A stretch of DNA of 64,000 nt, taken from assembly GCA_963828165.1 (NCBI GenBank), contig CAWHDR010000001.1, positions 864,001 to 928,000 of the forward strand, in the 5' to 3' direction. The translations under genes were made by a program, and so were the position numbers. The DNA comes from an uncultured Chloroflexia bacterium. GTDB lineage: Bacteria > Chloroflexota > Limnocylindria > Limnocylindrales > CSP1-4. The notes under the pieces are model-generated. The model was given only the letters and a program-made list of their open reading frames with translations. It was not told the DNA's origin and made no database searches. Of this stretch, positions 57,390-64,000 are shown piece by piece (within the stretch, counting starts at the first letter, position 1; every line of letters starts with the position of its first letter).

Positions 57390-59629
57390 GGTGGCCCTCC
57401 GGATCGTAGAACGGGGTCGGGCTGACGACGGCCTCGCGGCCTTCGATCTCCACGCGGTCGCGGAACGGCGTCCGTCGCTGCCACCCGAGCATCAGCGCCT
57501 TGCCGAGCAGCGGGGAGGGCCAGCTCCCGGTCACGTTGCCGACGATCTCGCCATCCGCCCAGATCGGCGAACCCTCCGTGGGCGCCGGCCCTTCCATCGT
57601 GAAGCCCATCCAGCGCCGATGGTCATCGAGCTTCGCGGTCCGCTCGAGCGCCGCCCGTCCGATGAACGCCGGCTTTTCCATCCGGACCGCCCAGTCCATG
57701 CCGATCCGGCGCGGCGTCGTGTCGAGCTCCGTGTCCATGCCAACGATGACGTGGCCCTTCTCCAGCCGGAGACCGAACAGCGCCTGGAGCCCATGCGGCC
57801 GGATGCCGAGATCCGCGCCCAGGTCCATGAGCGCGCGCCACAGCTCGAGCGAGCGGTCGACCGGGTGGTGCAACTCGAAGGCGGCCTCGCCGGTGAACGA
57901 GAGGCGCATGACGTGGGATGGCACGCCGGCGATGTCGGCGTGGACGTGGCCCAGGAAGCGGGGCGGGTCGGGGAGGCCGGCACGCTGCAGCAGCTCCCGG
58001 GCGAGGGGCCCCGTGACGTTGATCGCGGCGAGGGACATCGTGCGATCCAAAACGTGGACGCGGAGGCCCCATGTCTCGATCCAGTCGCGCAGCCACATCT
58101 CGGCGTTGGCCGCGCCTCCGGACGTGAAGCTCAGCACGAACCGGGTTTCGGACTCGCGCAGGATCATGCCGTCATCCATGACGTGGCCGCGCTCGTTGAG
58201 GAGCAGCGCATATCGCGAGCGACCCAGCTTGATGTCCGCGACGTGGCACGGATACAGCCGCTCGAGGGCCTCCACGACGTCCGGCCCGGACACCACCAGC
58301 TTGCCGAGCGTGCTGACGTCACCCAGCGACACCCCTTCGCGGACAGCCCAGTACTCCGCGATCGGGTCGCCGTAGTGCCACGGCCGCCACCAGTTCCCGA
58401 AGCGGTCCATCCGAGCCCCGAGCGCGAGATGCTCGTCGTGGAGTGGCGTCCGCCGGAAGACATCCACATAGGTGTCCGCCGCCGCCTCGGCGAGGGTGAT
58501 CTGGCGCGAGGCCGGTCGGGCGGTGAACGGCGCCGGCACCTCGCCGGTCCGCGCCGCGATCCACGAGCGGACGTGGGGCAGGCAGGCTCCGCCCTGGCAC
58601 GTGCCGAGGCACGCCTGGCTCGAGCGCTTCAGCAGCTCGAGCTCCGTGAAGCCCTTGTCCCAGGCGGCCTCGAGGTCCGCGACGGTCGTGCCCATGCACG
58701 GGCAGACGACGCCCGCGGTCGGTGGCGGCGGGAGCGGCCGGTCCCCGGCCGCGGCGCCGACCACGCTCAGCGGCACCTCACCGGCCATTCGGGCGAGGAG
58801 ATCGCGGGGAGCGAGGCCCAGCCCGAGGATCACGGTGTCGGCCGGGGACGTGGTTTCCTCACCAGTCGCTTCGTCGACCGTCACCACCGCGCGGACGCGA
58901 CCATCCTCGGCCTCGAAGCGCACCAACCGCCCTGGAGCGGGTGTGGCCACGACTCCGGCCGGCGGCGTCCCTACCGCCACGGCCTTCCCGAGGGCCACGC
59001 CGGCGGCGTGCAGCCGCTCCGCGGCGCGCCCTGTCAGCAGGCCGCGCAACCCGCTCCCGGGCACGACGGGGTGGATCTCGGCCGCCCCGGTCGCGACCAC
59101 GATCTCGTGAGCGTGAACGTGAAGCATCCCGGCCCGTGTGCGCACGACGAGCATCGGCCCGGCGTAGATCGCCACGACCTCGTCGCCCGCGGCCGCATCC
59201 AGGACAAGAACCGACTTGCCCGCCGATTCCGCGGTCTCCGCCGCCTCGCGTCCCGCCGATCCCGCCGCCGACGATCGCGACGTCGACCTCGCGGCGCGCG
59301 ACCTCGATCCCGCGGGCGGGCGGCGTCGATGTGGCGGCCGTGACCCGAACGACCGGCAGCTCCGGCAACCCTCCCGCCGGATGCGCCACGACCGACAGGC
59401 CGGGCCGCGCCGCCGTCTGGCACGTCCGCACGTAGGCGATCCTGTCGACCTGGGCGAGGCAGTTGCCGCAGTCGCCCGTCAGGCAGATCGTCCCGCCTCG
59501 CCCGGGCGACAGCCCCTCACGGAGCATCGCGATCGCGACGGAATCGCCCGGCTGGAACGCCACGGGTCGCCCATCGACGACGAGCCGCCCGCCATCGACG
59601 GCTGCCGCGGCCGCCGGTCGATCGGTCAC
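57376..59629 (-). CDS. soxA: sarcosine oxidase alpha-like protein: 2Fe-2S + reduced Rossmann + BFD-like + GcvT domains (apparent frameshift near 59262)
   Basis: CLTGDCGNC..C; VAIVGGG; IVVATGA; CPC..CQGGAC; RRTPLH, DVSTLGK, SFTGE, LRLEKG. Confidence 0.8.
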
Positions 59630-62094
59630 TGGCGCATCCGGGCACCGGCGGGATCGAACAGAGGCTCCGGCTGCAGCCGCGCCGGCCGACGGTTGCCGAT
59701 GATCTCGATCTCGAACTGGCCACCGCCCGGTCCGTTGGGCGCCGCGAGCTCCGTCGGCACGTACCCCAGCGCGATCGATCGCTGCACGTGATGGCCGTAG
59801 CCTCCGGACGTGATCCAGCCGACGACCTTCCCGTCGTGCCACACCGGCTCGTCGCCGATGACGTCGGCCGGGTCGTCCGGATCCGGCTCGACGACGAACG
59901 CCACGAGACGCCGCTTCGGGCCACCAGCGGCGAGCTCCGCCTCGTGCGCCGTTCGGCCGATGAACTCGTGATCGAGCTTCAGGTAGCGCGTGATCCCGCC
60001 CTCGGCCGGCGTGTAGATCGGTCGGTACTCGCGGAACCACGTGCCGTAGCTCTTCTCGAGGCGCAGCGACATCAGGGCGCGCATCCCGAACAGCCGTAGG
60101 CCATGCGGCTCGCCCGCATCCATGATCCGGTCGAACAACGCCCGCTGGTACTCCGGCGCGACCCACAGCTCGTAGCCGAGGTCGCCGGCGTAGTTGATGC
60201 GCGCCAGATGACCTCTGATCATCCCCAGATCGACCTGTCGGAACGTCATGAACGGGAACGCCTCGGTCGAGAGGTCAAGATCGGGCGCCACCGCCGCCAG
60301 CACGTCACGCGAGCGCGGCCCGGCGACGGACAATCCGGTGAGACCGAGACCCAGGACCTCGAACCGCACCGACCCATCCGAGGGCAGGTGGTGCCGGAAC
60401 CAGCGCGAGTGATGGACCTCGGCCGGGAGCGACCCGAACAGGAAGAACTCGTCGGCCTCGGCGGCGCGCGCCACGGTGAACTCGCCGACGATGCGCCCCG
60501 CGTCGTTCAGCATCGCGGTCAGCGTGATGCGGCCGGGCGCCGGCATCCGGGCGGTCAGCAGCGACGACAACCATGACTCCGCGCCCGGCCCGGTGACCCG
60601 GTACTTGGCGTAGTTGGAGATCTCCGTCATCCCGACGCGCTCGCGGACGGCGGCCACCTCGTCGGCCACGCAGTCCCAGGCGTTCGAGCGGCGGAAGGTG
60701 ACATCCTCCTTCGGCTCGAGGCCCTCCCGCTGGAACCACAGGGCGTGCTCGAGCCCGAACGTCGCGCCCCACACGGCGTTGGCATCGGTCAGTCGATCGC
60801 GGATCGGCGTCGTGAGCAGGGGGCGCGCGCCCGGCAGCTCCTCGTTCGGGAACGTGATCCGGAAGCGCCGCCGGTAGTTCTCCTGGACCTTCGCGTTCGT
60901 GTAGGCGAGCGTCGCGTAATCGCCGTAGCGGGCGACGTCCATCGCCCAGATATCCATCCCCGAATCGCCGCGATCGCCGGCGGTCATCCACGTCGCGAGT
61001 GCCAGGCCGACGCCGCCGCCCTGCGACAGCCCGGCCATGACGCCACAGGCGACCCAGTACCCGCGCAGGCCGCGGACGGGCCCGACCAGAGGGTTGCCGT
61101 CCGGCGAGAAGGTGAACGGCCCGTTGACGACCCGCTTGATGCCGGTCGTACCCATCGCCGGGTAGTGCTTGAACGCGACGGACAGCTCGGGGGTGATCCG
61201 GTCCAGATCGGGCTTCAGCAGCTGCGATCCGAAGTCCCACGGCGTCTCGCGCGGCGACCACGGCACGCATGCCTGCTCGTAGGTGCCCAGGAGCATCGCC
61301 CCGCCCTCCTGGCGGATGTAGATCTCGCCGGCGAAGTCGAGCGCCATCGGCATCTCGTGGCCGGTCTTCGCGACCTGGGCGGCGACCTCGGGCATGTCCT
61401 GGGTCAGCAGGTACATGTGCTCCATGGCCAGCACCGGCAGCTCGATCCCGACCATCCGGCCGACCTCGCGCGCCCACAGCCCGCCGGCGTTGACGACATG
61501 CTCGGCGTGGATCGTGTCGCCGCTCTCGACACGGACGTCCCACGTGCCATCCGGGCGCTGCTCCAGCCCCACGACCGGGGTGTGCTGGTGGACCTCCGCG
61601 CCGGCCATCTGGGCGCACTTCACGTAGGCCCGCGTGACGCCGGTGGGATCCACGTGGCCCTCGACCGGGTCGTACAGGGCCCCGACGAAGTACTGCGGGT
61701 CCATGAGCGGGAAGATGTCCGCCGCCTCGCTCGGCGTGATGAGCTCCAGGTCCATCCCGAGATACCGGCCGCGCGCCTGGGCCATCCGCAGGAAGTCCAT
61801 CCGGACCTCCGTGTCGGCCAGCATCAGCCCGCCGGGCAGGTGGATCGAGCAATCCTGGCCGGACACCCGCTCCAGCTCCTCGTACAGCTGGATCGTGTAT
61901 TGCTGCAGCCGAGCCACGTTCGGATCGCCGTTGAGCGTGTGCATCCCACCGGCGGCATGCCACGTCGAGCCCGCCGTCAGCTCGCGACGTTCGAGGAGCA
62001 TGACGTCGGTCCAGCCGGCCTTCGTGAGGTGGTACAGCACGCTGGCCCCGACGACCCCGCCACCGATGACGACGACCTGGGTTTCGTTCTTCAA
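59626..62094 (-). CDS. GcvT-family dimethylglycine/sarcosine dehydrogenase
   Basis: VIGGGVVG, GSTWHAAG, GPFTFSPDG, SLRLEK; TTG start after GAGGG. Confidence 0.92.
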   Translation of the reverse strand: MKNETQVVVIGGGVVGASVLYHLTKAGWTDVMLLERRELTAGSTWHAAGGMHTLNGDPNVARLQQYTIQLYEELERVSGQDCSIHLPGGLMLADTEVRMDFLRMAQARGRYLGMDLELITPSEAADIFPLMDPQYFVGALYDPVEGHVDPTGVTRAYVKCAQMAGAEVHQHTPVVGLEQRPDGTWDVRVESGDTIHAEHVVNAGGLWAREVGRMVGIELPVLAMEHMYLLTQDMPEVAAQVAKTGHEMPMALDFAGEIYIRQEGGAMLLGTYEQACVPWSPRETPWDFGSQLLKPDLDRITPELSVAFKHYPAMGTTGIKRVVNGPFTFSPDGNPLVGPVRGLRGYWVACGVMAGLSQGGGVGLALATWMTAGDRGDSGMDIWAMDVARYGDYATLAYTNAKVQENYRRRFRITFPNEELPGARPLLTTPIRDRLTDANAVWGATFGLEHALWFQREGLEPKEDVTFRRSNAWDCVADEVAAVRERVGMTEISNYAKYRVTGPGAESWLSSLLTARMPAPGRITLTAMLNDAGRIVGEFTVARAAEADEFFLFGSLPAEVHHSRWFRHHLPSDGSVRFEVLGLGLTGLSVAGPRSRDVLAAVAPDLDLSTEAFPFMTFRQVDLGMIRGHLARINYAGDLGYELWVAPEYQRALFDRIMDAGEPHGLRLFGMRALMSLRLEKSYGTWFREYRPIYTPAEGGITRYLKLDHEFIGRTAHEAELAAGGPKRRLVAFVVEPDPDDPADVIGDEPVWHDGKVVGWITSGGYGHHVQRSIALGYVPTELAAPNGPGGGQFEIEIIGNRRPARLQPEPLFDPAGARMRQ

Positions 62095-62108
62095 CGGATG
62101 AGTCCCTC

Positions 62109-63671
62109 TCAGTAGTCGGTGGGGACGCCGCCCTCGGCGACGCGCCGGTCGACGAATGCCTGGAGCTCCTCGGCCACGGCTGGATCCATCGGCGGCGGCT
62201 CGTACGAGGCCAGCAGCTCCTTCCAGACCCAATTCGCCTTCGACGGCAGCTCCGGCGAGCCGGCCTCCTCCCACGTCTCGTAGTTGCGCCAGTCGCTGAG
62301 CATCGGCTTGTGGAACGCGGTCTTGTAGCGGGACTGCGTGTGCTCGGCGCCGAAGAAGTGGCCGCCTGGGCCGACTCCTTCGATCGCCTCGAACCCCAGC
62401 GTGTCCTCGTCGACGACCACCGGGTCCAGGAACGCCTCGACCATCCCCAGCAGCTCGGCGTCCAGGATCATCTTCTCGTAGCTGGCGTGGAGGCCGCCCT
62501 CCATCCAGCCCGCTCCGTGCATGAGCAGGTTGACCCCGCCCATGATCGCGCCCCACAGCGAGAACACCGATTCGTATGCCGCCTGGGCATCGAGCGCGTT
62601 GGCCGCCGACACGTTCGACGATCGATAGGGCACACCGTAGCGACGGGCGAGCTGACCGCCGATCATCGCGGTCCGCATGTACTCCGGCGTCCCGAACGCC
62701 GGCGCGCCCGACTGCATGTCGACGTTCGACGTGAAGCCGCCGTAGATGACCGGCGCCCCCGGCCGAACCACCTGGGTCAGGACCATGCCCGCCAGCGCCT
62801 CGGCGTTCTGCTCGGACAGGGCGCCCGCGAGGGTCACCGGCGCCATGGCGCCGGCCAGCGTGAACGGCGTGATGCACACGACCTGGCCGCGTCGAGCGAA
62901 CTCCATGATCCCCTGCAACATCGGGGCGTCGAGCCGCAGGGGCGAACTCGAGTTCACGACCGTGAAGATCGATGGCTCCTCGTCGAGCGTGGCGTCGTCG
63001 ATGCCACGGGCGATCCGGACCATCTCGAGGCAATCGACATTGCGCTGGCGGCCAAGGCTGTAGCAGTGGATCGCCTTGTCCAGCAGCGTCAGCCCGTCGA
63101 GGGTGGCATACAGGTGGCGGACGCCATGGTGGAGGTCGACCGGCTCCACCGGGTAGCCCGACAGGAAATGGATCGGGTTCAGCAGCTGCGCGAGTCGCAG
63201 GAGGTTCTGGTAGTCCTCGCGATTGCCAATTCGTCGCCCGCGATCCAGGTCCGAGACGTTGGGCGGGCTGCCGACGGTGCCGAAGGCGATCCAGTCGCCA
63301 CCGAGCTGGACGTCGTGCGCCGGATTCCGGGCGTGCAGCGTGAACGATGAGGGAGCCGACTTGATCGTCTCTGTGACCATCTCCGGGTCGAACCGAACGC
63401 GCTGCGTGTCGGGTTCGGTGTGCGCTCCTGCCGCCTTGAGCACCTCACGCGCATCGGCGTCGAGAAAGTCCATTCCGATCTCGGACAGGACACGCAGCGA
63501 CGCGACATGGATCGACTCGAGCTCGTCGGCGGAGATGACCTCGGTCGGCGCGTAGCGCATCCGCGGCTGCGCCCACGGCCGCTGCTGGGGCAGCAGATGT
63601 CGTTCGTGGCCGGCCCGGCCGCCCGTGCGGCGGCGCGGAGAAGCCCCTCCACTCGTTTCGATGCTGGTCAC
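62109..63671 (-). CDS. trimethylamine methyltransferase (MttB) family protein, non-pyrrolysine (MtgB-like)
   Basis: SSPLRLD, PFTLAGAMAPVT, GGFTSNVDM.SGAPAFGTPE, HGAGWMEGGL, GPGGHF. Confidence 0.92.
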   Translation of the reverse strand: MTSIETSGGASPRRRTGGRAGHERHLLPQQRPWAQPRMRYAPTEVISADELESIHVASLRVLSEIGMDFLDADAREVLKAAGAHTEPDTQRVRFDPEMVTETIKSAPSSFTLHARNPAHDVQLGGDWIAFGTVGSPPNVSDLDRGRRIGNREDYQNLLRLAQLLNPIHFLSGYPVEPVDLHHGVRHLYATLDGLTLLDKAIHCYSLGRQRNVDCLEMVRIARGIDDATLDEEPSIFTVVNSSSPLRLDAPMLQGIMEFARRGQVVCITPFTLAGAMAPVTLAGALSEQNAEALAGMVLTQVVRPGAPVIYGGFTSNVDMQSGAPAFGTPEYMRTAMIGGQLARRYGVPYRSSNVSAANALDAQAAYESVFSLWGAIMGGVNLLMHGAGWMEGGLHASYEKMILDAELLGMVEAFLDPVVVDEDTLGFEAIEGVGPGGHFFGAEHTQSRYKTAFHKPMLSDWRNYETWEEAGSPELPSKANWVWKELLASYEPPPMDPAVAEELQAFVDRRVAEGGVPTDY

Positions 63672-63771
63672 GATCGCCAACTCCTGCCTGGGACGACTGC
63701 CCGGACGTCGACCTCGCCGTCCGACGGTCGCAGTATCGCGCGCGCCGCGTGTCGGGGCGCGCCGTGCGGAA

Positions 63772-63799
63772 CTCGCCCAGGCCGCGAAGCCTGGGCGAG
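63772..63799 (-). terminator. stem-loop after betaine-binding protein gene
   Basis: CTCGCCCAGGC / GCCTGGGCGAG 11-bp stem. Confidence 0.5.
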
Positions 63800-63825
63800 C
63801 TTGAAACGCGTTGGCCGATCGGCGT

Positions 63826-64000
63826 CTAGCCTCCGATGAGACCTTTCTCGGTGAGGAACTGCGTGGCCACGTCGGCCGCCTCTTCCCCGTCGACGTCGAC
63901 CTTGGCGTTCAGGGCCGTCATCGTCGCGGTATCGAGAGCCGCCGCGACCGGGGCGAACAGCTCGGTCAGGCCGGGGTTCGCGTCGAAGACTTCCTTGCGG
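63826..64000 (-). CDS. glycine betaine/choline ABC substrate-binding protein (OsmF/OpuBC-like), C-terminal part
   Basis: Manual translation ..LDTATMTALNAKVDVDGEEAADVATQFLTEKGLIGG*. Confidence 0.8.
   Translation of the reverse strand, partial: RKEVFDANPGLTELFAPVAAALDTATMTALNAKVDVDGEEAADVATQFLTEKGLIGG

Noticed and set aside
62109-63671. Pyrrolysine recoding in the MttB homolog
   Set aside because: No in-frame TAG; the ORF is continuous
1-64000. CRISPR array, integrase, transposase or prophage, including at the two tRNAs
   Set aside because: No spaced direct repeats, recombinase motifs or duplicated tRNA 3' ends were seen

Overview
High-GC bacterial chromosome segment (roughly 70%+ by eye), densely coding. 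The gene content suggests a Chloroflexota lineage such as Limnocylindria/Ellin6529; that placement is inference. Main contents, in order: a split cytochrome b6-type Rieske/cytb operon headed by a GltD/NfnB-like NAD(P)H flavo-Fe-S protein; bcp, thiN and ybaK; an HTH-GAF-GGDEF diguanylate cyclase; a DUF62 SAM hydrolase with an ECF transporter; a WYL/CAP/HD cluster; tRNA-Arg(UCG); tryptophan 2,3-dioxygenase; a truncated sugar-ABC fragment; three-gene transhydrogenase pnt; an RCK ion channel, mgtC, ybaK and alaX; a LuxR-STAND regulator; an orphan methyltransferase; a rare tRNA-Ile(UAU); a Cys-less rhodanese; an ATP-dependent DNA ligase; and a betaine/dimethylglycine/sarcosine demethylation cluster. 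No CRISPR array, integrase or transposase was seen. Several single-base frameshifts suggest an imperfectly polished long-read assembly. The most notable observations are the two anticodons that bypass tRNA modification enzymes, the flavoprotein-coupled bc complex, pervasive leaderless promoters, a possibly autoregulatory DNA-binding diguanylate cyclase, and several unexplained structured intergenic RNAs.
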